This document shows positions 24,170 to 38,401 of a DNA stretch of 64,000 bases, one piece after another. This stretch comes from Squalus acanthias (Eukaryota). The notes beneath the pieces were generated by a model, which ran no database searches, had not been told where the DNA came from, and was given only the letters and a program-made list of their open reading frames with translations. A program made the position numbers and the translations under genes. Within the stretch, counting starts at the first letter, position 1; each line of letters starts with the position of its first letter. The stretch covers positions 116,004,001-116,068,000 of the forward strand of contig CM059431.1 in the NCBI GenBank assembly GCA_030390025.1, written 5' to 3'.

Positions 24170-25125
24170 TGCCACAGCCAAAGCAAACAGGTTCCTGAGC
24201 TGTATTACCTGACCTATTCATTACAAAGACTAGGACCACAATAATATGATTATATAAAATTTTTGTATCATCTCATTTGGAGTACTGTGTCCAGTTTTGG
24301 TTTCCCCACAGACATTGTGATTTTAACTCTACTCACTCAGCAGAAACCTGGTGGGTGGGCAGTTAAAATCATCCTGACTCTTGCCTGTCCGAAAGCCGCC
24401 ATGATCACAACATATGCAATTTTAACCTGCTCTCCTGAGCGGGCAGCAAGGACATTCACCCAGAACCAACAGGGTCCTTCTTTACATATGCATGTTGCGG
24501 CCCGACTGTAATGTTAACTCAGGCCTGCGCGGGGAATCCACCTGGAGTTAAAATTGGGGCCAGAAGAAGGTGCAGAGAAGAGAAACATGGATGAATAAAG
24601 ATAGACTTGATACATTGGGTTTGTACTTGCTGGAGAGATGAAGGCTTAGGAGGAAGATCTAATCCAGGAACTTAAAATTATTAAGGCATTGACATCATGC
24701 AAATAGGCAGCGTATCTGAGGGGATGGAGTCAGGTAGAAGTAAAGGCCACAAACCAAGGAAGCAGAAGTTAAGGCTGGATACCTGGTAGTTTTACTTTTC
24801 TCAGTGGGTGAGTGACTGGTGGAACAGATTTTGGAGGAAGTGCTGGAGACTGATTCCATCCAGTTCTTCAGGAAGACTTTGGATGGATTCCTGGAAAACA
24901 AGGTGATCACAGCATACAGAAAATGAATAACTCAATCTGGAAAATAATTTGTGGGCCTGGGACTTCCTAGAGCTTACCTGCCCACTCATGATAGGTCATA
25001 AAGAGCTCCTGAACTTGCGACTGGTTTTTGCCTCGCCCAGGAGATGGCATGGTTGGCACACAGGGATCAAATCAGCCAACGGATGGACGTAAGCTCATAT
25101 GGGCCTGATGGCCTTTTCTCATCCT
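24170..25125 (+). mobile_element. Old degraded CR1 3' fragment with a small TIR element at ~24312-24561
   Basis: Remnants ttggagtactgtgtccagttttgg, ggtgcagagaagag and ttcaggaagactttggatggattc. Insert ends gattttaactc / gagttaaaattggggcc. Confidence 0.55.
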
Positions 25126-25197
25126 GGATATATAAACATCAACAACCTGCAGTCATTATGGGAAGGAAAGACTTCTTAAATTATAAAATGCAGTGTC

Positions 25198-25645
25198 TCA
25201 GCCATGACTCAGTTGCTAGCACTCTCGCCTCTGAGTCAGAAGTTGAGGGATCAAGTCCCACTCCAGAGACCCGAGCACAAAATCTAGGCTGACACGTCAG
25301 TACTGAGGGAATGTTGCACTGTCGGAGATGTCGTCTTTCAGAAGAGACGTTAAGCCAAGGCCCCTCTCGGATGAATGTTAAAGATCCCGTGGCACTATTT
25401 TGAAGAAGAGCAGGGAGTTCTCCCTGGTGTCCTGACCAATATTTATCACTCAACGAACATCACTAAAACAGATTATCTGGTCATTGTCACATTGCTGTTT
25501 GTGGGACCTTCTTGTGTGCAAATTGGCTGCTGCTTTTCTTACACCACAACAGTGACTACACTTCAAAAGTACTTTAGTTGGTTGTAAAGCACTTTGGGAC
25601 GTCCTGAGGTCATGAAAGACGCTATATAAATGCAAACCTTTCTTC
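25198..25645 (+). mobile_element. Full-length tRNA-headed DeuSINE (SacSINE1-like)
   Basis: A/B-box-like head (tgactcagttgctag..ggatcaagtccc), central aaagatcccgtggcactattttgaagaagagcagggagttctccctggtgtcctg domain, L2-like tail ctatataaatgcaa. Confidence 0.85.
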
Positions 25646-27337
25646 TTCTGATCTAGTTTCTCTCGACTTCTCACTTCCTTTGTCCTTGTGACAGTGGTGC
25701 AGAGAAAGATGGCTGTTTTTGTGAGGTGACTTATCTGTTTGTGGAGGATGCAGTGTGAAGTGAAAACTGTGAGTGCTATTTCACATCGATTTATGATTAT
25801 GATTATATTCACTGGTGAGAAATAATAGCATTGGGGACTTTGGGGGAAGGAAAACCTCATGGATGCGTAATATATTTGTTGAATTGTTTCCACTGAAAAA
25901 CAAAGAAAAATAATAATTCTTATTTTTGCCCTTTTATGGTGATGTACAGTTTCATGACAGCTGCTCACTACCAGGAATATTCATAAAAATGCAAAGATAT
26001 CTCCCTACAGATTAATGCACTTCATGGGCTATTTCACTCAAAAATGCAAGCAAATCGCTTTGCTTCCGACTGCATTTCATGGATTTTTGATGGACTGCAG
26101 ACTTTAATTTTGAATATAAATATCCATGAGCTGAAAAGGTGCCATTTAAAGTTTTGTAGATGTATCAATGACCGTGAACTACTGGCTGAATTATTATGGA
26201 TGTTCATGTACAGTCACCCATGGAAATTCATTAAGTTTCCTCCAACATTCATGAATTATCTTTAATGAATTCAGCTAGGCATCACAGCGCCCACAGCCAC
26301 AAAGGTTATGTTTCATGCTGGTGTGATACTATTGCAGAGGGTATACTCTACCAACCTCACTCTGGGGCACAAGCAGAGTCGATGCCACCTTCCCTGCAGT
26401 ATAAGAGATCTTTAAAAAACCACACACACACTCACACACACAAATGCAGGAACATTGAATTAATCAATGGAAAATACTGAAAGTAAAAGAGAACAGGCAG
26501 ATTAATATTTCAGGTGTAATGCTTCATCATAATACTCTAATATAAATTCCAGAGTGTGAATGGGACACTGAACATGTCATGACCCTTCTGCATGAAAGCA
26601 ACAAGTTCTAATATTTATTAATACTGCAGTCAAATAATATTGTGCCAGTAATGGTAAAGAAAGCTTTATAAAAAATAGGGGAAAAAAAGCTTTGCTGTAT
26701 TTCCTGGGTTCTATATCCGGATCATTTGTTATGATAAACATAACTGTCGATATTCCTAAAGATGTAATGTTAGTGAACTTACGCTTTATCATTCTTGTAT
26801 AAATGTATAAATCTATTGTGGATAAAATAGTCGCAGAAAAAGGAAGTTCTGTTTTCTGCTTTAGGGACCAATTACAGCTCAAAAATAAGCGAGGAAAGGA
26901 AGAAACCTTATCACTAATTCCTATTGCAGTTCTGTTTCACAGCATCAGCATGACTGAGGTTACTTAATCCGATTAGCCATTTGAACTGATTATTGATCAT
27001 TCATGAATATCCATGAAAACATGCAGAAATAATAATTTACGCTTGATACTTGTTCACTTGCAAAACTATGAATGTTAAATGATGTTTTGTCAATCATTCA
27101 ATCTTAATGAGAACTGAAATGTGCCATTCATTAAATTGCACTTTTCCCTTTTGACTCGGACAGTTGATGAATATTCACAAATTTACCTGGTAACTAATGA
27201 CATTGTGAAGATTCTTATCATTGTAATGTTCCTGACATGAAATCTCGGCATAAAAAAGTGGTTTTAATATTTTTTTTGGTCATGTATTGAACAGATAAGT
27301 CTATATAAAGCTTTTTAGAAGACAGATACAGTATACG

Positions 27338-27676
27338 GGTATGGTAGCATAATCGTTATGTTACTGGACTAGTAAGTTGGGGAATTTAAATTCAGTTAAT
27401 TAAATAAATCAGGAATAAAAAGCTAGTATCAGTAGTGGAGACCATGAAACTACCGATTGACATAAAAACCCATTTGGTTCACTAATGTCCTTTAGAGAAG
27501 GAAATCTGCCGTCCTTACCTGGTCTGGCCTATATGTGACTCCAGACCCACAGCAATGTGGTTGACTCTTAACTTCCCTCTGAAATGGTCGAGCAAGCCAT
27601 TCAGTTGCATCAAAGGGCAATTAGGGATAGGCAAAAAATTGTCAGCATTGCCTACATCCTCTGAATAAATAAAAAC
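27338..27676 (+). mobile_element. Probable tRNA-derived SINE (second family)
   Basis: Degenerate A-box head ggtatggtagcataatcgtt and A-rich end gaataaataaaaa. Family recognised only loosely. Confidence 0.5.
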
Positions 27677-27754
27677 ATATTTTTTCTGTGTTGCTTTATA
27701 AATTATTTGAGGATTTTTTATTGCTCTAAGATGATCCAAATCATGTTACACTTC

Positions 27755-28040
27755 CTCCTTTATAAGAGAGATGTTAAACCAAGTATGTGGCTATCTGTTC
27801 AGGTGCAAAGAAAAGTTCTGTTCATGACACTGTTTGAAGAAAGCCCCGGTGTCCTGCCCAACATTTCTCCCATAACTCCTATCATTACAATCTAAACAAA
27901 TTAACTGGTTATTCATCTAATTTTCTGTTTCTGAGACTTTGCTAAATGGTGGCCGCATTTTCTGCAAAACAACAGTAACTACACTTCAAAAGTAATTAAT
28001 TGGATGCCTGAGGACATGATATAAAGGCACGTTTTTCTTT
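27755..28040 (+). mobile_element. Degraded DeuSINE
   Basis: catgacactgtttgaaga..ggtgtcctgcccaac..aacagtaactacacttcaaaagta, similar to 25380-25570. Confidence 0.55.
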
Positions 28041-29490
28041 CTTAGTAATTACTTTTTGATGACCAGCTTCTTCGGGTTAATGTTAGTCAATGAATACAAA
28101 AGAAAACTAAGTCACAGTCCTGTGACGTTCAATGAGGCATCAATTCTTATTTTATAGCAGCAGTGTGTACTATGGTACTTCTGCTACTCAGCATTGGAAA
28201 CCATTCAATGAGAATATTAAATCATATTTTCTTTATTACTGTTAACGCCAATATATTCCGGCTGCTGCATGAAATTTTCAGTTGTATCAGATCAAAAGGA
28301 GTTGCACCTCCAGCCAAGATACAGACAATATAGCCTCAGTTCTGTGAGGCTCCATGTCACCAGCAGAATCCTCAGTGGGAGCAAGCGAGGTTGTGAAATA
28401 AGGCACGCACACCAGCCCACCCAATTTGCAGTGCAACACATATCGCAGCAATGCAAATATGGCAAAAGATAGCTTTGCTGCTGGCCAGCACAATCTTATT
28501 GTAGTATGCTGATTTTATTAATTTCGAGTACCTTTACACAGCGTAATGCAACGCCCTTTGCATTGATGCCGCAGTTGTAGGGCAACATATTCTGAGACCC
28601 CATGCCACTGGGATGTCATTTTGCCTCTGGGTGCTGGATCATGAAATGGCCTTGCTACAGCTGAAGTCCTATCCAAGAAGGCAGTGGTTGCCAATACCTG
28701 TCTGCTGGCTGGCCTTCCTTCAATCTTTTTAAGGGGTTGGACAGACGTGCAGTCACCCGAATAGAAAGCTGTCTCATCCGTCATTTCTTCTGCCATATCT
28801 CAGGTGCTGGGCACGCTTCAGGATGAACAGTAAGTTGTATGAAAACAGACCGTAAAATATTACTGAGAAGTGTGTAGTCCCCTGTCATAGCTCTGTCTGT
28901 CAAATCCAGCAGTGACAGACTTCTGTAGGTTGGAGACCACACTCTCCACAGTCACAGCCTGTGAGAAACTGTGGGGATGAAATGTAAATGTGGTGGTTGC
29001 ACAAAATAGCCAATAGCGAATTGGCAGCCCGTTTCAAACCGTGCCCGATTAGCTTTTCCATTAACTTCATGGAAACTAAAATCGAGCGGGATGTAAAATG
29101 AGCTGCCGTATCGTTATGACCTGTTCTACACAACTTCTGAAGTCGAATTTCACCCCCCTGTGTCCCTCCGCTTCTGGGCTCCCCTGCAGATGCCCGTCAA
29201 GTTGCCTTGTGCTCCTTGGCGCACTGCACTTGTGAAGATCATTTATGTGTTGTTCCTGAGCTGTCAGAGATACACTATTGTTCATTCTCTGACAACCTTG
29301 CAGGGTATTTAGTGCAACATCAATAGATGACATGAAAATATTTTGCTCATCAAATATCTCCTTTCTGAAGATAGGCCCAGTAGGGTAGAAATCCCTTGAC
29401 CAATCCCCACTGTTCCTCAACTCTGTCACCAACTTGCTCCTCCTCACTTATGATGAGTGCTTCACCCGGTGCTTCCTCATCAAACTCTCT

Positions 29491-31981
29491 GGGGGAAAAT
29501 GTGTCCTCTTAGCACCTCCTGTTATCACCAGCAGATGGGGCTAACAGGGTGCTAGAGCATTATTGGTGGGGCGAGGCGAATCCAACGCCACACACCAAAT
29601 CCTGCCCTCCCGTAGCGCCACTGGTAACAGTTATCGCCGGGAACCTCAACGCCAGGTGGATCATGATGTCAGTGAGTGTGCAACACTCACTGACTGCCCG
29701 ATCTGTGAAATTGATTGTCACCACCTACCTTAGCGCCTGGAGTAAACAGCGACAGGGAGAGCTGGTGTGAAACAGTCGGAAGCTGGCTCCAGGGACGTTA
29801 TTTAAAAGGATCATCAGTAATGACGTGCAGCTGTCAAGTTAGTGGAGTTTCAGTGGTTTCTTGTCAGTTTCACATAGTTCATTCTTATATGAAGTTCACA
29901 TTTATTCTTTAAAAAAATCAAACTGCTACACTTGGTTACATTAATGTGGGCTGTGCTGGCAGTTGACCTTGCTCACCACGGAGAACTTCGACCCTAGCGC
30001 TGAGTTCAGCGAAGGGTCCGAAGCATGCCAGGTAAACTCAGCATGCAGCAGACTCACAGAGGCGCTGTCAGCACCTCTTAAAGGGACACACACATCTTTC
30101 AGGTAAGTTTGCATTTAAGCTTTTGGACTTTTTGCTTTTACTGAAGTAGTGGCTTGCTGCAATAGATGTTAAAAGTTTTTTAAGTGTGTAAGGAGTGCTG
30201 CTGGATGCTTGCAAGTCTACATATGGTAAAGGAAGGCCTCTGAGAAGACAGGAAATGCCACAAATACTCAGCAGGTCAGGCAACATCCGTGAAGAGAGAA
30301 ACAGAATTTAACCTCAGGAAAAGATGTTGCCTGACCTGCTGAGTATGTCTAGCATTTTATGCTGTCATTTCAGATTGATACCATCCGCACGCAGAGGGAA
30401 GAGGAAGACATAGAAGAGGAGGAAACAGAAGAGGAACAAGCCGAAGAGGATGAAGCAGAAGAGGAGGAAGCAGAAGGAAGGATACAGCCCAGACAGCCCC
30501 TTTCTGGCTGGGATATCCAGGATGGAATCATCCGCCTGCGGTCCCAGTGACCACAACCCCAATTCCCCTTTCAACATTAGCCCCACACCTAACCTTCCCT
30601 CTGTTCCTGACCATCACAATGTCCTCTTGGCCATGATGCTGAAATAAAAGCCACTGCAAAGCAAACTTTCCAATGTAACTTTATACATCCATCCAATATG
30701 ACATCAAGAAATCAACTCATCACTCTTATGCATTCTCTTAGTGACTGTCTTGTGTGTGCCTTTGCCTATCCTACTGATGTCATGCAGTGCCTCCCCAGTG
30801 ACTGCAGCATGGCTGGTGGAAGGCTGCTGACTTTCAGTGAGGGACACTACAAATGGCCTTGCTGGTTGACCTTGAGGAGCTGGTGGCTGGGATGTGTGAA
30901 ATTGAGTGATGGTGTTTCTTCTTCTTCTTCACTCTCCTCTCCCTCTTCTTGGCAAACCATTGGCTGGGCAGGCTCCATTTCTTGGGTGTGTCAAATGAGG
31001 AAGGCACAAAGTGGAGTTGTGGCGAGGGGAGGGCGGGAAAGCAAGAGGTGCATGCCAGAAGGAGGATAACATATGAGGATACCAGCATCTTGTATCCTTT
31101 CTGCCCCACTGCTGGCCAAGGGCTCAGCCATGCTCCTGCCAAGAATGGCCTGCACCATCTCCTCCAAAGGGGTGAGGTGAAGCAAGGAATGGGTGACATG
31201 CCTCATGATTGTTGGTAGGTGAGTTATTGCGGAGGGAGTCATGCATTGAGCAGTGTGTGAGGCTAGTGATTCAGTTAGTAGGAGACGGCTTTTGAAGATG
31301 CAGTCACTGACCTTGACCAGTGGTCTGAGGTCATGAAGCTTCTTTGGACACTGGAGCCAGATGTTGGGGGCGATACTGCTGTAGTGACGGCCTCAATGAT
31401 CTGGTCCCACATCGTTCTTTCTGGAGGACCTCTTGGCCCCTGTGGGTAGAGGACCTCTCTTTCAGTGTTGACCCCCTGCACAAAGCTGGAGTGCTGCGTG
31501 CGGGACCCTAGGTGCCAATTCCTTGTTTTGCTGAGCCATTTGTGTTAGTGCTGAAGTACTTTTCCCTTTTTTTGCGGTTCAGAAGGGAATTCAGCTTTAA
31601 GTGCTAAAGACTCCCATTTGGGACTTCTTTTTAATGAGGCAGTAGGGCTGAAAACTGCATTTCCTCACTTCATTTTACTTCTGAACACATTGCCCCTTTA
31701 ATTCATAGCCCTTTTAATTGCCCACAATTCCTTGTGAACTCCACATCCTCGCTCCCAGAGCCTGTTAGAAGCTGGAACACCACTTCAGGACGGGATCTTC
31801 GACTGCCACGCCTGCACTAACGCCACCAATAAAGCGTTACACAGTAAGTTAGCGTGCGGTTAACAATCTTTAGCCCCAGCATAAATTTTTCTAGGGTATA
31901 GCTGTGTCCATTTTCAGCGGCCGTTAACCCGAGTTGCTGGTGATACCGGCAACTCTTGTGGTGGCCATGAATTTCTAGGCC
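29491..31981. mobile_element. Decayed non-autonomous Harbinger derivative (ends approximate)
   Basis: Acidic transposase-like C-terminus 30385-30550 (+, EEED..QDGIIRLRSQ*) converging on a Myb exon-1 remnant 31300-31490 (-, REVLYPQG..WDQI). TIR-like ends at ~31876 and ~31981. Degenerate family A fold-back at ~30245-30372. Confidence 0.55.
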
Positions 31982-34892
31982 ATTGTGGTTTTTTTTTTTC
32001 ATTTTCTTTTAACACTCATTAGTCATAAAAATATTAGAATTGGGGAAAAAAGGCTGTTTGCCTGGGTTGGGCTGGGCGGAGTGGTTGGAGGCGAGAGGCC
32101 ATGGGATGAAATCTCCAGGAATACGTCGAAACAGAGTTGGCAACCCTGGCGCCGGGTGGCGTGTGTGATGCAGCTTGCTGAGAAGTGCCCAGTTCCTGGC
32201 TACCACCAGGTGCCTTGGACCAACTTCTCAAAGGAGGACAACTGTCTGACATTGGGAGGCTTTCTGCGAAAGAATGTCCGATCTCAGTCATTGTGAGCTG
32301 CCTTCCCTTGGAGCACACACAAGACATACACTTGTTTAAAACTGGAAAAGCACACAGACAGACAGCCCTGTGTACGTGTGCTCCAATGCAGCTTGCATAT
32401 CGGTTCCAGTCACAGTACTGATTCGCTGGACAGATTTTAACATTTATCACTTTGAAAGCTACTTTTGTGCCTTAATAGAAGTGTTCCTTACAGCTTCCCC
32501 ACAGTGGAAGAGTGGTGAAAAAGGTTATCTCTACATCTTGACTTCTAATTCCATGAGGGTTAGTTAGTCAGTTAGTTCGGCCTATGCGAACTGCAGCCCA
32601 AAAGTACAATAATGTATGCAACGATGGATACACTTTCTTTGGCTGTCCTCTTAATATCACAAAACAACTTCAGCATTTTTTACCAGGCCCAAAACTCCAT
32701 TCACACTTGCAGCTATCTCCATTTAAACAGCTTGAGTGTGGCCTTTTGCTTCAACAAAGACTATCTTCTTTTGCTGCAGAATCCTCAAGGCCACCTCAGT
32801 AAAAGGGAGAGTTTTCCTATATTCCTGTTTTTTTAGACATTTTTACTGGCACGCACCACCTCTGCACATTTTGCCTGCAGCTCCTCACTTTCCTTCCCCA
32901 GAAAGCTGAACAATCAGTGTTGGCATTTTCAGCACCCCAGGTGTTATCCTGACTGAGATGAGCTTGATGACCAAAGATAGATTCTGGGACTGGTTTGTAC
33001 AGCTCAATACCATATTCATTTCAAGGGATGGGCAGAGCATTTGCTGAATTGCACATCATACCAATGGCCGCCATCAAAATCATTGTTTATAAACTAATAT
33101 AATTCAGTTTAACTAACTTTGAATTTAAGTTGGTTCATTAAAAATGCCCGCACACACAAGGTGTAATTATTTTAGTCATTGAAAGCATGTATCACAGCCC
33201 TTCATCAAAATTAATGTGCTTTTCAGATTTTGATAATTGCATATTAAGGACATTTGCATTTAAATTAAGTAAGACATGTAATGTAATTAAAATGCTAAAT
33301 AATGTTTGATAGAACTTCTTTTCTTAAAGAGCTAGAACACGGGTGTTTCCACTCCTTTACTACAATGTAGTCACTTCACAAATATCCCTAGATTGGGTGA
33401 AGTTCCTCTCATAGGCCTTCAAAGCAAGCTGCGAATGTGGCTGACTTATAACACCTTATCATTTCACAGGAGTGCCTATAGGATTGGGCTGGGTTGGACA
33501 GAAAGCCATGGCAGGGCACCTGCTATCAACAGAGGAGTGAAGGAAGTGGGCACAGGGCTTTTAAAAAATATATGCATAGTTGTGGTGGAGAGTGTACCTG
33601 CAGTGTGTGAATGCTCATGAAAACATCCAAGTCAAGCTCAATCCATGGACACTTTCCACCTGTCCTCCTCAGGTCAATGTGGCTCAAACCATACATTTCA
33701 TACCTACTGATTTTGAATTTGTTACTGTTTGATGACTATGACATTCCGCCAGTCAGAAAATGTTATACAGAACTATGATGCCCAAAGTGTCACACAGGTA
33801 GTGTGAAATGATAAACAGTACCATTTTTATTACCTAATTAGCATATTTGCCTTGCTTTTGCTCCTGGTGATTCAGAGGTTATGCTGATTATTAGGAGGTG
33901 GGTTGTTGGAGAAAGTCCTGGCTTAACAACATTACAGATGGAAGAGACTCTGAATATATACTTATATGTAATTTTTATGATCAGTAAGGATTAAGGAGCT
34001 GTCTGAAATGAACACTCAAGTGGAATTCATACTGTCTCAGCATTTTGTGCAACTTGTTCAGACCTTTTGATTTTTAATATTATGGTGCAAGTTTTTGATT
34101 TTTTTAAATTAAATAATAATTTTCATTAATTTTAGTTGTCTCATTTATGTATTTTGGGAATTACAAAATAGCAAATGGTGTAATACTTGATCATAGCTAT
34201 AGTATTACCACCGTTGAGACTATTGCATTTCACTTCTTGATAGAACTGCAAGACATTAAAGGAAATCACAAGAGAACATTTTTTTTTGTCAGCCAGATGT
34301 CTGATCTGCACAGAAAATCTATAACCATGCTTAAGAGTTCCCAATCCAAAGTACATAGAGACCCACATAAGTAGAGATTCTGTTTGCCTGATATAAAATG
34401 CTCAGACTATTGCCAGAGGGACAAGCTGCACATACCTAAGCATGAAGAGCTTAGATTCAGACTGGCAACAGCCAAGGTTAGCAGATCTTCCCTCCTCCCC
34501 CCAAGTGCTTGCCGAGGTACTGCTGGAGTTTAGCCCACTCTAAAATCCCTGGCAACTTACCAAAGCATCTGTAGTAAGCCTCCCAGTGCATGTTCAGTGA
34601 GCACCATCTTATGTTTCAGAGCATCAGCTTGTAAGGCTATCTGGAGATAAACAAGGAGAATCCAGCCCCCAATGACAGATCTGCAACATCAATCAGGCTG
34701 ACTGCAATCCTTTTGAAGGTGATATTATGAAGCTCATTTTATCTACATGCTTTATATAGAATGTGACTCCATAGTGGAGATATATTTTCCATAAATACGC
34801 AGCAACCCAGCAGAACTCAGATGTTAAACTTTTTGCTGCTATATTTTTCAGTTTTACCATCACTTTCGTTTTCCACAGCTGGGAGAAGAGTA

Positions 34893-35095
34893 ATGTGAGA
34901 AGTCACACAACACCAGGTTATAGTCCAACAGTTTTATTTGAAATCACAAGCTTTCGGAGCGGCTGCTCCTTCGTCAGGTGAAGGAGCAGCGCTCCGAAAG
35001 CTTGTGATTTCAAATAAAACTGTTGGACTATAACCTGGTGTTGTGCGACTTCTCACATTTGTCCACCCCAGTCCAGCACCGGCATCTCCACATCA
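34893..35095 (+). mobile_element. Penelope-like fold-back short element, family B
   Basis: Inverted arms of about 80 bp plus the same tail as 11118-11163. 12-bp TSD GGGAGAAGAGTA at 34881-34892 and 35096-35107. Confidence 0.87.
34944..34981 (-). ncRNA. Minimal type I hammerhead ribozyme motif (family B)
   Basis: Reverse strand reads tcac-CTGACGA-a-GGAGC(agcc)GCTCC-GAA-AGCT-T-gtga. Confidence 0.78.
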
Positions 35096-35124
35096 GGGAG
35101 AAGAGTAGTTCACTATCATGGATT

Positions 35125-35200
35125 AAACACAGAAAATGCTGGAAATACTTAGCAGATCAGGCAGCATCTGTGGAGAGAGAAACAGAGTTAACATTTCAGA
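35125..35200 (-). mobile_element. Family A Penelope terminal-repeat fragment
   Basis: Matches 20775-20850. Confidence 0.7.
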
Positions 35201-37506
35201 TCGTGATGGAATAACAATGTCGTACAGGTATAGTAATTACACAGTTGCAAATTAGACTCACCAGTGCATTATTCTTAAGGTTATGGAATGTAGCAGGACA
35301 TTTCACAGCTCAAACACCTTGAAGTGGGACAACCCTTGCCTGGAAAGAAATGCGGTTTTTGGGCCTACAGACACTTACCAATATCCAGAATTAAATTCCA
35401 GTGTGTTACTAGGCTTCTAAAAGAAAGTCTAAAGAGTCAAGAATGCGCGGCACTGGCTATTTGCCTTTCAAGGTCACCTCATTCATTCTTTATGTAGTCG
35501 ACGCAGAGTCTAACCTCTCCAGCTGGATTTGGAACTATGATCACAGGAAACATGCACATGCTGAGGCCGGCTCAATAATATCTTCTGGTTGCATCGTGTT
35601 AATTTGTTTCTCTTTTTTTGCTGATGGCCTACATTAAGGGACAAAAGCAATGGAGCAGGCTGCCTGTCTCAATGTAATATCAATCAGTCCTGGTTCAATT
35701 TATATCCTGTACCCGCCCTATCAATTACAGGTTTACAGCAAAATGCACAGAGATTAATATACTTCAAGCAGGCTTAGCTTGATACAAAAATTAAATATTA
35801 TTTTTTAATGCAGCCTCAACTCTGGCTGTGTGCAGCGGTACTGCTGCCATTGCCACAATTGTGGTTAAAATGTAAATCCATACAACTAAGATTAAAAACA
35901 GACAAACTATCAATGGGGCTTAATTCCCCTTTCCCCTTTAGGTACATTGAAGGTCACCTCATTCGACCTTCAGCATCCCCAAGCTGGCTTGGGACATTTC
36001 AACATTTTGGACACCCCTACTTTAAATGTTACGATGTCTGATTAACCAATTATCACTTTTACAGATGCTCAGTTGTAATGGCATCATATTTTTATTCAGT
36101 ACTGACCCTTTATTTACAAAGCCAGGTTTTATAAATCGTGTCCCTTTTCAGAGTGATAGTGTGTTGTTTATGTATTCAGTCAGAAGAATAATGAATTAAC
36201 AAAAAAAGCGCAAGAGAAGGTGGGATGCTGTTATTAAAAGACGAAGTACTGGGGTGGAAACTGAAATTAATTTCTGAGAATATTGAACACAGCTTTTGTG
36301 TAAATGTGAATGGAACACATCAGAATAAAGAACTGAATGAGATTTCTATTTTCTCAGCAGTTTGTCCCATGGAACCATTGACATTTACACAACATGCATG
36401 TTGAGAAATGTAATTTCCGCTGACTTTTTGTATCTGTTAACCTTTAATTGTTCAGAAACCATGGGCCTGAAATTACAGTGGGATACAAGTTTTTATTTCA
36501 AATGTCTAATGTGCTAGTCTAAAATTCCGCTCTCTGCTATTTCAGTGGAGGCTTTTTCTTTTATTACTCCAAGTACTACTAAATTCCCGTCTGTCAGCTC
36601 AGCAGTGACGACGGGGTTGAATGAATTCACTCCACTGTTGTCGGTTTTGACCTAGCCTAGCCGCTTCAGTCATCTCTATCCCTTTCGGTGACAAGTCACT
36701 CTTGACATTGTCTATCCAGCGCTTCCTTGGTCTTCCTAGGCCTGAATGGCCTGCTCCTGCTCCTATTTCTTATGTTCTTATGTTCCTTGGTTTCTTGTTC
36801 CATGTACCTCTGTGTGCAGGGCCATGAAAGGTATCCCAGCTCTTTCCATTCTTGAAACTAGGGTTGCCAACTCTGGTTGGACATATTCCTGGTAATCACG
36901 TGGATTTCTGTGCTCCAACCGCCCCATCCCAGACTCCTGCCATCGGTTGCCCAACTAGCCCATCCTCGGGGCGCCCCGCATTCCCACGGCAATCAGAAAA
37001 TGAGCAGACTCTTTGGGGTGGATTTTAACATGGTGGAGCGCATGGGTTTGGGTGCGGGTGGGAGGGTTGAAACCGGGAAAAATGTCAGCGCATCGGGAAG
37101 CCGGCTCCAACCCGCCGACTTCTGCATTTAACTCGAGGCGTTAGGCTGCTTGCGCTCAACCTCCTCGGGAGAGGCGGGTTGCCAATTACCATATGTTAAT
37201 CACTCAATTAGATTGATATTAACACACATTTTTGATTTTAGCATCCGGTACACGGGTTTCCCGGGCTTCCTGAAACTCGCCAGTGAAAGCAAGCTGAGAA
37301 CACAACGGCAATTGATGGGGATGAAGCCCTGTCAGGGAAATATGCCAATAAATACTCAGTACTCACAGCTGCTTTCTTACCTGCTAGTGGGAAAGAGTTT
37401 GTTCACAGTACTTTTGCCGAGAGGTTACTTTCTACACTTTGGAGGTTACTTTCTACTTTTTCGAGTTTACATTCTGCACTTTGGAGGTTTGTTCTATCTC
37501 ATCAGG

Positions 37507-38398
37507 ATGGGTGCTGCTTATGCTGCCTTAGATTGGACCTCAAATAGGGCCAAGATGACCAGCAACAGCACCATCAACAGCACCTACAGCAGCCTGCTGC
37601 TCATGGACCTGTAGCTCCACAGGAGAGAGGGCAGCAGCAGAGAGGGGAATAGCAGAGAGAAGGGCAACAGAGAGGAGAGCAGCAGAGAGGTAAGCATCAG
37701 AGAGGGCAGCAGCAGAGAGGTGCAGCTCGCAGAAGGCAATACCCACAAAATAGGGTATACAGGCAGAGGCTGAGTTTCCTTCATATGTCTGAACAGCAGT
37801 GTCTCGGGAGGCTCAGGATATCACATCAGATGATGGCAGACATCTGCAGCCACCTAGAAGAAGACCCACTACCTGCTGGACCTGGTGGCCACGCATCACC
37901 AGTGTCTCAAAGTCACCACTGCCCTCAACTTTTTTGCCTCCGGGTCCTTCCAGGCCTCTGCCGCAGACATATCCAGGATCTCCCAATCAGTTGCCCACAG
38001 ATGCATAAGACAGGTGACTGATGGCTTGTTTGCCAGGGCCGGCAATTATGTCAACTTTGCCAGCAATGATGCCAGTCAGAATGAGCGGGCGCTCAGCTTT
38101 GCTGCTCACATTCCCACAGGTGTAGGGTGCCATCGACTGCACACACGTGGCAATCCGGGCACCCACAGAACAACCAGGAGTATTCTTCAACCACAAGGGC
38201 TTCCATTCCATCAATGTGCAGCTGGTGTGCAACCACAAAAAGATGATGATGCAGGTGTGCACAAGATTCCTGGGAAGCTGCCATGATTCTTTTGTCCTGT
38301 GGCAGTCCAAGCTCTCTGATCTGTTCGGACCTGGAAGCAGACTTAAGGAGTGGCTGCCAGGTGACAAGGGATACCCACTTCAAACTTGGCTCATGACA
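37507..38398 (+). pseudogene. Harbinger (HARBI1-like) DDE transposase, frameshifted and 3'-truncated
   Basis: [66 protein letters not shown]. Confidence 0.92.
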
Positions 38399-38401
38399 TA
38401 A

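Noticed and set aside
25200..25265. tRNA gene
   Set aside because: tRNA-derived SINE head that runs directly into the Deu domain. No complete cloverleaf.
28265..29158. Possible further TIR element
   Set aside because: Only one convincing end (gaatttcaccccc), with no matching TIR or TSD that I could verify.
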